A DNA stretch of 64,000 bases, from positions 68,302 through 132,301 of the forward strand of contig JAWKQI010000002.1 in assembly GCA_041390245.1 (NCBI GenBank), read 5' to 3'. The translations under genes and the position numbers were made by a program. Source of the stretch: Eubacteriales bacterium. GTDB lineage: Bacteria > Bacillota > Clostridia > Christensenellales > JAWKQI01. This document shows positions 38,934 to 50,529 of the stretch, one piece after another. Within the stretch, counting starts at the first letter, position 1. Each line of letters opens with the position of its first letter. The notes beneath the pieces are model-generated. The model saw only the letters and a list, made by a program, of their open reading frames with translations. It ran no database searches and was not told the DNA's origin.

Positions 38934-38949
38934 CGAAATTGCCCATAAA

Positions 38950-39003
38950 AATGAAAAATAATAGGCATAAAGTTCGTTACATTTAGAACTTTATGCCTAT
39001 TAT
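38950..39003 (-). terminator. Strong intrinsic terminator closing the guaA transcript
   Basis: On the minus strand, ATAATAGGCATAAAGTTC-taaatgtaac-GAACTTTATGCCTATTAT (18 bp, perfect) is followed by TTTTTCATTTTT. Confidence 0.85.
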
Positions 39004-39136
39004 GCGGTTTTAACGTTCGGATTACTCCCACTCTTCCAGAGCGGCACTTCACTATGGGCTCATGCTTCATTATCATTCGCATTCCCCTCATGTTCAGTGA
39101 GTGTTCCGTTCGCTTCTTCCGCCTTTAAGGCGGCGC

Positions 39137-40665
39137 TCATTCCCACTCTATCGTTGCAGGCGGCTTGCTCGTGATGTCATATACTATCCTGTTGATATGC
39201 GGTACTTCGTTAACTATGCGGTTGGATATCTTTTCAAGGATATCATATGGTATCCGCGCCCAGTCTGCAGTCATCCCGTCTGTGCTGGTCACTGCACGAA
39301 GGGCTAGCATATAATCATATGTACGCTCATCCCCCATTACACCTACGCTTCTCATACCTGTCAGCACCGCAAAGTACTGCCATATAGTATCGTTTAAAGA
39401 TTCCTTTTCCAGTTCTTCCCTGTAAATAAAATCCGCCTCTTTTAAAATATCCAGTTTTTCTTCTGTTATATCGCCGATAATCCTGATGGCAAGCCCCGGC
39501 CCTGGGAAAGGCTGGCGGTATACCATGTGTTTTGGCATATCAAGCGCATCGCCTAAAGCCCTTACTTCGTCTTTGAAAAGTTCCCTTAAAGGCTCTATTA
39601 TTTCTTTGAAATCGACGTGGTCCGGCAGCCCGCCGACATTGTGGTGGCTCTTTATGGTAGCCGCATGCCCGAACCCGGATTCTATTACGTCAGGATAGAT
39701 AGTGCCTTGAGCCAAAAGTCTGTCCCGCCTATCTTTTTTGCCTCTTCTTCAAAGACGCGGATAAACTCCTCGCCTATTATCTTTCTCTTTTTCTCAGGTT
39801 CCGTAACTCCCTTTAGTGAGTTTAAAAACCTGCCTTTTGCATTTACGCGTATTAAATTCATATCGTACTCGTTTTTAAATACGCACTCAACCTCGTCTCC
39901 TTCATCTTTTCTAAGCAGGCCGTGGTCGACGAATATACAAGTCAAATTTTTACCGACAGCACGGTTAAGTAAAACCGCTGCGACAGAAGAATCTACCCCG
40001 CCGGAAAGCGCTAATAATACACGCTGGCCTTTGGTTATATCTTTTATCTTTGCAACAGAGGTTTCTATAAACTTGGAAATGGTCCAGTCACCTGAAACAT
40101 TGCAGACATTATATAAAAAGTTTTTGATTATCATACTTCCGCAGTCCGTATGCATAACTTCCGGATGGAACTGAACGCCGTATATTTTTTTTGAAGCATC
40201 TGCAAATGCGGCTATAGGGCAGTTTGCGGTTTTAGCTATAACTTCAAAACCTCCTGGCAACGCCTCTATATGATCTGTATGGCTCATCCAGCAAAAAGAA
40301 TTTTGCGGAATGCCTTTAAAAAGCGCAGAATCGCTGTAAGTTATCTGTGTGCGGCCATATTCACGGTTTTTTGCTTTTTTGACATCCCCGCCAAGAGCAA
40401 TGGATAAAAGCTGCCCGCCATAGCAGATGCCAAGTATCGGCACGCCCATAGAAAAAATCTTCTCATCGCATTTAGGTGCGTTTTCAGCATAGACGCTGCT
40501 AGGCCCGCCCGTAAATATGATTCCCTTTGGATTATATTTGCTGATACGCTCAAAGCTTGCATTATAAGGCAGTATCTCACAGTATACGTTATGTTCGCGG
40601 ACACGTCTCGCAATAAGCTGGTTATACTGCCCGCCAAAATCCAAAACTAAAACAGTTTCGTGCAT
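39137..40665 (-). pseudogene. guaA: GMP synthase (glutamine-hydrolysing), reading frame broken once
   Basis: ORF 39685..40707 holds the GATase domain (ICYGGQ, HPE) and the PP-loop SGGVDSSV, and ends ...[14 protein letters not shown]-stop. ORF 39137..39715 continues with [13 protein letters not shown]...PPATIEWE. The break is at the A4 run 39714..39717 (T4 on the coding strand). The start is most likely the ATG at 40665 ([17 protein letters not shown]), which overlaps the larC stop as TAATG. Confidence 0.9.
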
Positions 40666-41930
40666 TATTCCTCTACCTCGTAGTCTATTACCTTCATGAT
40701 ATTGCATACGGCCTCGTCATAAGGCAATTCGTATTCTTTAGCAACCCTAACTACGTCTTCATATTCTGGCTTAAACCTTTCGATTCCGAATCCAGACGCC
40801 TTCTTTATCCTTACGTCTCCGTAAGGTGTTTCCTGTGATATAACTTCACGCGTTAAAACTTTTCTGTCCATAATAATTGAACGAACGCCCAAAGTCGTTG
40901 TATTTTTAAGTATCAAAGTTTCGAATTTATCTTTTAAATTAGTAGTACAAATGAGGCTTAGTTTATAAGCAGGGCGGGATTTCTTCATATAAATAGGCGT
41001 AAAATATACGTCTAGTGCCCCTTGCTCCATAAATTCATTTATGCATGCGCCTAAAGCTTCAGGGGTCATATCGTCTATATTAGCTTCGATAACGGCAGCT
41101 TTATCCGCAACCGCATCGTTATCTACTTCGCCCATAAATACGCGGAGTACATTTGGCATTTCTTCAAAATCGCTTTTGCCGATACCGTAACCGATACTAT
41201 CCGCAATTATAGAAGGAAGATCCATTGCACAATATGCAAAAGTCTTTAATATAGAAGCGCCTGTAGGAGTGGTCCTTTCCCCTTCGCCCTTTGCATAGTA
41301 CTTTAGCCCTTGCAGTATCTCAGCAGTCGCAGGTGCCGGGACTGGCATTATGCCGTGAGCGCACTTAACAGTGCCGGAGCCAGTATTAATTGGCGAACAA
41401 ATTATCATTTCTGGTTTTATGATATTTAGCAATACAGCAGTACCGACGATATCGACGATAGAATCGACGGCGCCGACTTCATGAAAATGTATCTCTTCAA
41501 CAGTAGTCCCGTGGACTTTCGCTTCGGCTTCAGCCAACGTTTTAAATATGCTTTTTGCTATTTGTTTTACTATGATCTCAAGGTCAGACTCTTCGATTAT
41601 CTTATTTATATCGCTGAGCCCTCTGTGGTGGTGTTCTTCATGTTTGTCCTCTTCATGATGGTGCTCATGATTATGTTCTTCGTGGTTATGATTCTCTTCA
41701 TGATGATGGTGGTCATGATCATGGCCATGCGGTTTTACTATGACCTCTACAGATGTGCCGGAAATTCCTTTTTTTACGGCCTTTTTTATATCAAGCTCAA
41801 ATTCATCTCGAATACTTAGCTTGTCCATCTCCTTTAAAAAATCTTCCTTCGCCCCAGATACATCTAGCAGCGCGCCCAGTGTCATATCTCCGCTTATTCC
41901 TGAAAAACAGTCAAAAAATAATGCTCTCAT
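40665..41930 (-). CDS. larC: Nickel insertion protein LarC (pyridinium-3,5-bisthiocarboxylic acid mononucleotide nickel chelatase, DUF111 family)
   Basis: 421-aa ORF beginning [23 protein letters not shown]. It has a His-rich insert, [35 protein letters not shown], and contains [16 protein letters not shown]. Confidence 0.88.
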   Translation of the reverse strand: MRALFFDCFSGISGDMTLGALLDVSGAKEDFLKEMDKLSIRDEFELDIKKAVKKGISGTSVEVIVKPHGHDHDHHHHEENHNHEEHNHEHHHEEDKHEEHHHRGLSDINKIIEESDLEIIVKQIAKSIFKTLAEAEAKVHGTTVEEIHFHEVGAVDSIVDIVGTAVLLNIIKPEMIICSPINTGSGTVKCAHGIMPVPAPATAEILQGLKYYAKGEGERTTPTGASILKTFAYCAMDLPSIIADSIGYGIGKSDFEEMPNVLRVFMGEVDNDAVADKAAVIEANIDDMTPEALGACINEFMEQGALDVYFTPIYMKKSRPAYKLSLICTTNLKDKFETLILKNTTTLGVRSIIMDRKVLTREVISQETPYGDVRIKKASGFGIERFKPEYEDVVRVAKEYELPYDEAVCNIMKVIDYEVEE

Positions 41931-42682
41931 AAGTTTTTCTCCTTCAACAAATTATTAATCAAAGATGCTTGGTATCCCGCTCCGAAACCATTGTCGATGT
42001 TAACTACTGAAATGCCGCTTGCGCAGCTGTTAAGCATAGTTAACAGAGCGGACAACCCTCCGAAATTAGCGCCGTAACCTACGCTTGTCGGTACTGCGAT
42101 AATAGGCCTATTCGTAAGCCCTCCTATAACACTTGGAAGTGCACCTTCCATTCCAGCTACTGCTATTATTACCATTGCCTCTCGTAACTTAGGCGTATTT
42201 TTAAGCAATCTATGTATTCCGGCAACTCCTACATCGTAGAGCCGTTCTACTTCGTTTCCCATAGCCTGAGCAGTTATCACTGCCTCCTCTGCCACAGGGA
42301 GGTCAGACGTTCCTGCACATACTACTAAAATTTTGCCCCCTGAAGTTTCCTGCTTTTCCTTAAAGCAGACCATCATATTGGCAATTTCAGAATACTCAGC
42401 GTCAGGATCTATCTTCTTTATTTCATCTGCTGCTTCCTTGCTTATGCGGGATAGCAGAATATTTTTTGTACCGTTTTCGTTCATCGCACGTACAATACAT
42501 GATATTTGGTCTATTGTCTTGCTTTTGCAGTATATGACTTCGGCAAAGCCTTTGTTTCTCTGCCTTAAATTATCTATTTTTGCAAATCCCAAATCCTTAT
42601 ATAATAAATTTTCCAGCTGGCATTTAGCCTCGTCAAAATTTGTTTTACCTTCCTGAAAATTTTTAAGTATTTCGTCTATCAT
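41927..42682 (-). CDS. larB: Nickel-pincer cofactor biosynthesis protein LarB (PurE-like carboxylase/hydrolase)
   Basis: 251-aa ORF with an AIR-carboxylase-like core, ILVVCAGTSDLPVAEEA...IAVAGMEGALPSVIGGL...PIIAVPTSVGYG. It overlaps the larC start by 4 nt. Confidence 0.85.
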   Translation of the reverse strand: MIDEILKNFQEGKTNFDEAKCQLENLLYKDLGFAKIDNLRQRNKGFAEVIYCKSKTIDQISCIVRAMNENGTKNILLSRISKEAADEIKKIDPDAEYSEIANMMVCFKEKQETSGGKILVVCAGTSDLPVAEEAVITAQAMGNEVERLYDVGVAGIHRLLKNTPKLREAMVIIAVAGMEGALPSVIGGLTNRPIIAVPTSVGYGANFGGLSALLTMLNSCASGISVVNIDNGFGAGYQASLINNLLKEKNL

Positions 42683-42697
42683 ATCAAAAACTCCTAC

Positions 42698-43486
42698 TTA
42701 AGATTGCATACTTCCCCGTTTATATCCTTCTTTGGATAAAGAGACATTTTTATATCCAATCTTCTTTAACTTTATTAAAGCTTCACCTAAATGTTCTTTT
42801 TTAAAATTTTCTATATCTTCTTTTAAAAGCTCTATTACTGCATTATCGTCTATCGTTCTTACGCGAACTAACTTAACGCCGAAAGATTTTATATACTCTT
42901 CAGCTTTTTCTATTTTATTCAGCTTTTCTTTGGTTATCTTTTGCCCGGTTTTAATTCTTGTGGCAAGACATGCATCGGCGCTACGTGCCATCTTTTTAAA
43001 CCCTCTTGACTTAAGCTCATCCATTATCTCAGATTTTTCAAATCCCACCTGCTTAAGAGGGCTTATAACGCCAAATTCAAAAAGTGCCTTCATGCCTGGG
43101 CGGTAATCCCCTTCATCTGACTTATTGGTACCGTCAAACAACACTTCCAATTTTAATTCATCAAGCTTTGAAATGGCATAGCCTAGAATTGCTTTTTTGC
43201 AGTAATAACAGCGCTCAGTATCATTTACTACTACATTATCATCGTTAAGTATATCAAAACCAATGATTATGTGCTTGGCATTTAGCATCTTGGCTCCTGA
43301 AACTGCCGTTTCAATCTCGCTTTTAGAAACAAATGGCGTTTTTAACGTTATCGCAGTTACATTGTCTTTTCCGATAGCGTCTATAGCTGCGCTCAGTAAA
43401 AAGAAGCTGTCTGTCCCGCCGGAAAACATAACGCCGCAGTTTTTATATTTCTTTATAAACTCTATAAGTTTAAGGTATTTATTCAT
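42698..43486 (-). CDS. larE: LarE-type ATP-dependent sulfur transferase (PP-loop ATP pyrophosphatase)
   Basis: 262-aa ORF with the PP-loop VMFSGGTDSF, a CxxC motif (ERCYYCK), and a third Cys in ADACLATR. It starts 7 nt after the guaB stop. Confidence 0.85.
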   Translation of the reverse strand: MNKYLKLIEFIKKYKNCGVMFSGGTDSFFLLSAAIDAIGKDNVTAITLKTPFVSKSEIETAVSGAKMLNAKHIIIGFDILNDDNVVVNDTERCYYCKKAILGYAISKLDELKLEVLFDGTNKSDEGDYRPGMKALFEFGVISPLKQVGFEKSEIMDELKSRGFKKMARSADACLATRIKTGQKITKEKLNKIEKAEEYIKSFGVKLVRVRTIDDNAVIELLKEDIENFKKEHLGEALIKLKKIGYKNVSLSKEGYKRGSMQS

Positions 43487-43493
43487 TAGTACT

Positions 43494-44981
<1,488 letters not shown>

Positions 44982-45034
44982 TTAAAAACTTATATTTAAT
45001 CTATGATACAACTTTTTAATCCATTTTACAACAC

Positions 45035-45553
45035 TTAATATTCTATTCCACGCTTTGATTTTATCCCTTTTTTGTAGTAATGTTTTACGTTTTTCATCTC
45101 AGTAATCAAATCCAATTTTTCGTATAATTCTTTTGGCAAAACCCTGCCTGTAATTACTACATTCGTATTATTATTGGTATTTTCAAGTGCTTTTATTAAA
45201 TCTGAAACTTCGATTAATCCAATTTCTATTGCACCTAAAACTTCATCTAATACAATAAGGAAATATTCCCCGCTTTTTAAGTCTTTAGCTGCTGCTTTAA
45301 AACCGTTAAGAGTCTTTTCCTTTAAAAGCTGTTTTTCAGCGTCTGTCATAGAAAAATAAAATCCGCTTATACCATAACAAAATATATCTGCATGGCCTCT
45401 TAAAAAAAGTGCTTCTCCGCTTATAAATTGTTTCAAAAACTGATGAATAGATACCTTTTCGCCATGCCCGAGCGCACGTAACGCAAGGCCGAATGCAGCA
45501 GTGGTCTTTCCTTTTCCGCAACCGATATATGCATGAACAACATTTTTTTCCAT
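45035..45553 (-). CDS. Cob(I)yrinic acid a,c-diamide adenosyltransferase family protein (CobO/BtuR-like P-loop)
   Basis: The track ORF runs to 45571. The ATG at 45553 gives MEKNVVHAYIGCGKGKTTAAFG, and LIVLDEV follows. No other cob genes are present in the window. Confidence 0.75.
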   Translation of the reverse strand: MEKNVVHAYIGCGKGKTTAAFGLALRALGHGEKVSIHQFLKQFISGEALFLRGHADIFCYGISGFYFSMTDAEKQLLKEKTLNGFKAAAKDLKSGEYFLIVLDEVLGAIEIGLIEVSDLIKALENTNNNTNVVITGRVLPKELYEKLDLITEMKNVKHYYKKGIKSKRGIEY

Positions 45554-45614
45554 ACGATTTTCTCCGCACATAAAAGCTTTATTTTTGTTTCATTATACTA
45601 TAAGGGAGAAAAAT

Positions 45615-46331
45615 ATGCTAAATGTAATTATAAAATCAACGATACTTTATTTATTTGTAATTTTATCTATGCGGTTAATGGGAAAAAGGCAGATGGGCGA
45701 GCTCCAGCCGTTTGAATTTGTCATATCCATTATAATAGCAGACATGGTGGCCACCCCGCTTGCTAATTCTGGTATTCCCATAACTTACGGCGTAATTCCT
45801 ACTATAGTGCTTCTTTCTATGCATTCCCTTTTGACTTTTTTATGTATGAAAAGCGAAAAAGCACGGGCATTTTTTTCAGGAAAGCCATCTTTTATCATAA
45901 ATAAAGGTATGCTAAATAAAAAAGAGCTTAAGAAAAACAGCATGGATATAAATGACGTCTTAGAAGAAGTGCGTTCAAAAGAAGTTGTAGATATAAATGA
46001 CATTTACTATGCCATACTTGAGACCAACGGCAAGCTGAGTGTTATTCTGCGCCCGGATAAATCACCGTTAACTCCAAAAGATATAAATTTAAAACCGCAA
46101 AACAAAGGCTTTTATTATGCAGTGATTCTAGATGGGAAAGTGCACAAAAAAAACCTAGATGCTGTTAACCTATCTGAAGATTTGCTTGTCAATGAAATCA
46201 AGAGGCATGGAATAAGTGATGTTTCAGACGTTTTTTATGCAACTGTAAACGAAATTAATGAACTTTACCTGCAGACAAAAGACGGAGTTAAAAAGACCAT
46301 GACAGTGAAGGCAGACAGAAGCAATGTTTAA
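45615..46331 (+). CDS. DUF421 (YetF-like) membrane protein
   Basis: The track ORF starts at 45585, but the ATG at 45615 has GGGAG 7 nt upstream. The motif is RLMGKRQMGELQPFEFV. Confidence 0.78.
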   Translation: MLNVIIKSTILYLFVILSMRLMGKRQMGELQPFEFVISIIIADMVATPLANSGIPITYGVIPTIVLLSMHSLLTFLCMKSEKARAFFSGKPSFIINKGMLNKKELKKNSMDINDVLEEVRSKEVVDINDIYYAILETNGKLSVILRPDKSPLTPKDINLKPQNKGFYYAVILDGKVHKKNLDAVNLSEDLLVNEIKRHGISDVSDVFYATVNEINELYLQTKDGVKKTMTVKADRSNV

Positions 46332-46704
46332 AAAGATCTTGATAATTGCCCTTTTTCTTGGGACAATAACATTTGCGGTTTTACAACACGTCTACATAAA
46401 AAATACAAGCGATGTGTTCCTTTCTTATTGCAAAGAGGCAATAATGTATGTAAACGCAGATGATTTTGACTCGGCGAAAGAAAAAATGGAGTTAATAAAC
46501 GAACAATGGGAAAAATCCGAAAAAACTTTAGAAGCTTTGATAGAACATACTGAAATCGACAATATCGAGAGGTCTTTAAGGCTGGCTGCATCTTACCTGG
46601 AAAGCGAAGAAAAATCTATGTTTTTATCCGAGGCCCAGGTATTAACCTTCTTATTCGGGCATATCGAATATATAGATAATATCGCTTTAGAAAATATCTT
46701 GTAA
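46324..46704 (+). CDS. DUF4363-like small protein
   Basis: 126-aa ORF with one N-terminal TM segment. It overlaps the DUF421 gene by 8 nt; these two families commonly occur as a pair. Confidence 0.6.
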   Translation: MFKKILIIALFLGTITFAVLQHVYIKNTSDVFLSYCKEAIMYVNADDFDSAKEKMELINEQWEKSEKTLEALIEHTEIDNIERSLRLAASYLESEEKSMFLSEAQVLTFLFGHIEYIDNIALENIL

Positions 46705-46708
46705 AATC

Positions 46709-48079
46709 CTAATTATAAAGTTCCCTTAATTTATTGAATGTGTTTTCTAATTTCATTCCCCTAGATGCCTTTATCAAAATAACGTCGCCCACGGCAATAT
46801 ACTTGTTAATATTTTTTAGCAGCTCGTTCTGGCTCTCAAAATAAAATGTTTTTCCTTTGCAGTTGAAAACCGCTCCATCGTATATATTTTTGGAAAGCTC
46901 ACCTACCGCTATTATTATATCCATATTTTTTTCGCAGGCATATTGGCCTATTTCAAAATGGTATGCTTTGCTGTTATCTCCAAGTTCAAGCATGTCGCCT
47001 AAAATACATACTTTTCTTCCTTTAGCCGTTGCCAAAACGTCTAGTGCCGCCTTCATCGAAGCAGGGTTTGCATTATAACAGTCATTTAATATGATTATCT
47101 TGCCTAAGTTTATTATATTCATTCTATTTCCCGTCGGAATGAAGTCCTTTATCCCGGCTTTTATCTGCTCTATGCTCAGATTAAGTGCTACACCGGCTGA
47201 AAATGCCGCCAGGGCATTATAAAGCATATGCTCACCTGGAGATGGTATAAATATATCAGTTAAAACCTTGCCTTTGGAGCCTATTATAGCGCTTAAGCCT
47301 AAAAGCCCTATATTCCGCAGCCCTCTTGCATATATAAAATTGCTTTGTTTTTTGCCGAATGAAATAATGTCAAGCCCTTTGCCTTTAAGTGTCGGTAGCA
47401 AATTATCATCGCCATTTATGATTATCGTACCGTCTTCTCTCATATAATCGAGCATTTCGGATTTAGCTTTTAAAACGCCTTCTTTAGTACCTAGGTACTC
47501 AAGATGTGACTCCCCAATATTTGTAAATATGCAGATATCCGGCCTTGCCATCTTGGCAAGATTCCTTATTTCGCCAAAGTGGTTAGTCCCCATCTCAATT
47601 ACCGCTACCTCATGTTCTTTTTCCAATCGAAAAATCGTTAACGGCACACCTATCTGGTTATTAAAATTGCCCTTGCTTTTTAACACGTTATACTTTTTGC
47701 TAAGCACACAAGCTACAAGCTCTTTTGTCGTAGTCTTCCCTACGCTTCCGGTTATACCAACTACTTTTATTGAAAATAAGCTGCGGTAAAACTCTGCTAG
47801 GTCCTGAAACGCATTTAGTGCCGACTCAACTAAGATATACGGTTTATCTGTATTCAGGACTTTCTCAGAAAAGCAGCATAAAGCTCCGTTTTCATATGCC
47901 GAAGCTATAAAGTCGTGTCCGTTAAAGCGCTCTCCCTTTATGGGTATGAACAAAAAGCCTTTTTTTATTTCACGGCTGTCTATACTGACACCCAAAATAT
48001 CAGACTCTAAGTATTTTAAATTTCCGTAATACTTTCCATTAACAGCTTTTAAAGCTTCTTTCAATTTAAATTTAAGCAA
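46709..48079 (-). CDS. murF: UDP-N-acetylmuramoyl-tripeptide--D-alanyl-D-alanine ligase
   Basis: 456-aa ORF with the Mur ligase P-loop GITGSVGKTTTKE. It lies downstream of ddl. Confidence 0.92.
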   Translation of the reverse strand: MLKFKLKEALKAVNGKYYGNLKYLESDILGVSIDSREIKKGFLFIPIKGERFNGHDFIASAYENGALCCFSEKVLNTDKPYILVESALNAFQDLAEFYRSLFSIKVVGITGSVGKTTTKELVACVLSKKYNVLKSKGNFNNQIGVPLTIFRLEKEHEVAVIEMGTNHFGEIRNLAKMARPDICIFTNIGESHLEYLGTKEGVLKAKSEMLDYMREDGTIIINGDDNLLPTLKGKGLDIISFGKKQSNFIYARGLRNIGLLGLSAIIGSKGKVLTDIFIPSPGEHMLYNALAAFSAGVALNLSIEQIKAGIKDFIPTGNRMNIINLGKIIILNDCYNANPASMKAALDVLATAKGRKVCILGDMLELGDNSKAYHFEIGQYACEKNMDIIIAVGELSKNIYDGAVFNCKGKTFYFESQNELLKNINKYIAVGDVILIKASRGMKLENTFNKLRELYN

Positions 48080-48083
48080 TATC

Positions 48084-49133
48084 TTACTCCTGGTTTTTCA
48101 AAAGAGATAACTTAATTATTTCTTCGCATAATTCTTCGTATGAAATGCCAATATTCAATGCCTCCTGCGGAAGAAGGCTGGTCGGTGTCATGCCAGGCAA
48201 GGTATTTGCCTCGAGGCAGTATATGTTATTATCCTTATCAAGTATAAAATCTATCCTAGAATAAACTTCTAATTTTAAGACCTTATTAACCTTGCATGCG
48301 GCATCCTGCATGTTTTTAGCTGTCACATCATCTAAATCGGCAGGGCAGACTTCCTTTGTCCATCCCTTTTGATATTTATGCGAATAATCATAAAAACCTT
48401 CGTTTGGTATTATCTCGATTATAGGAAGTACTTTATCTCCCAAAATGCCAACTGAAAACTCCCTGCCTTCTATATACTCCTCTATAAGCACTTCGTTTTC
48501 GTATTTAAATGCTTCATCAATAGCCCTATTAAGCTCATCTTTATTCCTAGCTATAGATATTCCGATGCTGGACCCTCCGGAACAAGGCTTTATGATACAC
48601 GGCATCTTTATACCGCCTATAATGCTGATGCTGTCCTTATCCTTATTGGTTATGACGATACCCGCAGCCGTAAGCACGCCGTTAGCTAAAAGAAGTTGCT
48701 TTGTTAGCGCTTTGTTCATGGCCAGCGCACTGCCAAGATAGCCTGTGCCCGTATATTTTACCTTGATAACATCAAATAATGCCTGCAGCCTTCCGTTTTC
48801 GCCGTTCTCGCCGTGCAGCCCCATATATACGATGTCAGCAGCTTTACATAACTCAATTACGTTAGTGCCGATATCCCCGAATATGCTTTCGCCCCTTGTT
48901 GCTTTTATTGTTTCAATATCCGGAACCTCTGTGCCGATATCCGTTTTTAAAAGCTCATCTCCCCTTTTAAAAACATCTTCTATACTGCTGTTAAGATTCT
49001 CCGTTCCTAAAAAAACATCAACTAAAATAGCGTTATGCCCCGCCCTTTTCAAAGCAGCACATATCAGGCTTCCGCTTGATATAGAAACATCCCGTTCTGT
49101 ACTTAATCCACCCGCCAATACAACAACATTCAA
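48084..49133 (-). CDS. ddl: D-alanine--D-alanine ligase
   Basis: 349-aa ORF with LAGGLSTERDVS, an ATP-grasp core, and LE.NT.PGMT. Confidence 0.92.
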   Translation of the reverse strand: MNVVVLAGGLSTERDVSISSGSLICAALKRAGHNAILVDVFLGTENLNSSIEDVFKRGDELLKTDIGTEVPDIETIKATRGESIFGDIGTNVIELCKAADIVYMGLHGENGENGRLQALFDVIKVKYTGTGYLGSALAMNKALTKQLLLANGVLTAAGIVITNKDKDSISIIGGIKMPCIIKPCSGGSSIGISIARNKDELNRAIDEAFKYENEVLIEEYIEGREFSVGILGDKVLPIIEIIPNEGFYDYSHKYQKGWTKEVCPADLDDVTAKNMQDAACKVNKVLKLEVYSRIDFILDKDNNIYCLEANTLPGMTPTSLLPQEALNIGISYEELCEEIIKLSLLKNQE

Positions 49134-49205
49134 TTATGTCAACTTCCTTTACTATAAATTTGTATTTAAAACCCCATAAAAATCATATGTAAACAGGATA
49201 AAATA

Positions 49206-50219
49206 TTATCCTACCTTTTTGCCGAAAAATTCAGCCGTGCTTTTTAACTTTTTCATTATAACATCAAACTGTGCTGGAGAAAGCGCCTGCTGCCCATCAG
49301 ATTTCGCGTGCGACGGATCATTGTGTACCTCTATTATAAGCCCGTCTGCTCCGGCGGCAATAGCAGCAAGTGACAGAGGTTCCACCATCCATGGTATCCC
49401 GGCAGCATGGCTTGGGTCTATTATGACCGGCAGATGCGTCTTTTCCTTTAACATAGGTATCGCAGATATATCAAGAGTATTTCTATATGCCGTCTCAAAC
49501 GTTCTGATTCCACGCTCACACAATATTATATTTTCGTTTCCCGAAGCCATTATATATTCCGCGCTCATAAGGAGCTCCTCTATTGTGTTAGCAAGCCCCC
49601 TTTTTAAAAGAATAGGCTTTTTTATGCTCCCTAACTGCTTCAAAAGTTCAAAATTCTGCATATTGCGTGCGCCGACCTGCAAAACATCAACGCCCTCAAA
49701 AAGAGATATGTGCGATGCATCCATTATTTCCGTAACAACAGGGAGCCCTGTTAGCTTTTTCGCTTCCTGTAACATGTCAAGCCCTTTAGCTCCCATACCC
49801 TGAAAAGAATAAGGAGAAGTCCTCGGTTTAAAAGCGCCACCCCGAAGCAAAGTAGCGCCAGACCCAAGTACGTCTTTTGCTATACTAGAGATCTGCTCGT
49901 CACTTTCAACAGAGCAAGGCCCTGCAATCACTTGAAAATTCCCGCCGCCTATCTTTATTCCGTTTACATCGACGATAGTATCCCTCGGATGAAATTTCCG
50001 ATTTGCATTTTTATAAGGTTCTTGTATTCTCTTTACATCTGCGACTATATCTTTTGCAAGTATACTTTCGATATCAACTACAGATGTATCGCCGATAAGG
50101 CCTAAAAGCGAAGTGTGTTTCCCCTGAGAATAATGTATAGTAAGGCCCATAGCCTCTATCTGATTTATCAGTTCTTTTTTCGCGGTTTCATTGGCATCCT
50201 GTTTTAATATAATAATCAT
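49206..50219 (-). CDS. aroF: 3-deoxy-7-phosphoheptulonate (DAHP) synthase, type I-beta with an N-terminal regulatory domain
   Basis: The track ORF runs to 50240. The ATG at 50219 (MIIILKQD) has GGGGGGA upstream. The N-terminal regulatory domain has a ferredoxin-like fold, and the KDO8PS-like catalytic core contains GPCSVES, KPRTSPYSFQG and DPSH. Confidence 0.88.
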   Translation of the reverse strand: MIIILKQDANETAKKELINQIEAMGLTIHYSQGKHTSLLGLIGDTSVVDIESILAKDIVADVKRIQEPYKNANRKFHPRDTIVDVNGIKIGGGNFQVIAGPCSVESDEQISSIAKDVLGSGATLLRGGAFKPRTSPYSFQGMGAKGLDMLQEAKKLTGLPVVTEIMDASHISLFEGVDVLQVGARNMQNFELLKQLGSIKKPILLKRGLANTIEELLMSAEYIMASGNENIILCERGIRTFETAYRNTLDISAIPMLKEKTHLPVIIDPSHAAGIPWMVEPLSLAAIAAGADGLIIEVHNDPSHAKSDGQQALSPAQFDVIMKKLKSTAEFFGKKVG

Positions 50220-50529
50220 AATGCATCCCCCCGACTTCAATAAAAATGCCGGTTCCTTTTAAAGTACCAGCTTTTGTATAATAAATTAAACAGTTTTATG
50301 GTATTTTCAAAAAACTCAAGACATATTTTTTAATATATTAATATACACATTAATTAAAGTCAAGTATCGCCAGAAAATGAACATAAAAATGACTAAACTT
50401 TTAACTTTTTTTTAATTTTTTTTATGTTATTTCTTGTCAGATAAGTATTTTTAATGTAAAATAAAATAAATATATATAAAACAAAGAACTCTGGTTTATA
50501 TTATGGTATTAAAAGGAGGAAAATAAATA

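Noticed and set aside
39020-39040. A second ...EWE-stop ending (CTGGAAGAGTGGGAGTAA), which shares the 9-mer TCCCACTCT with the true guaA end. This suggested a duplicated guaA 3' end.
   Set aside because: Translating upstream of it in all three frames gives nothing GuaA-like, and a stop occurs 4 codons upstream. I treat the similarity as coincidental. The region is reported only as a structured spacer.
41618-41735. The His/Glu/Asn-rich low-complexity coding stretch (CAT/GAA-type repeats) as a microsatellite or an assembly artefact.
   Set aside because: It is in frame within LarC, and a histidine-rich nickel-binding insert is a known feature of LarC proteins.
50241-50529. The long AT-rich gap upstream of the DAHP synthase gene as a T-box or other leader.
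   Set aside because: No T-box specifier or AGAGA/GNUGGUA-type blocks and no terminator/antiterminator pair could be found. It looks like plain divergent promoter DNA.
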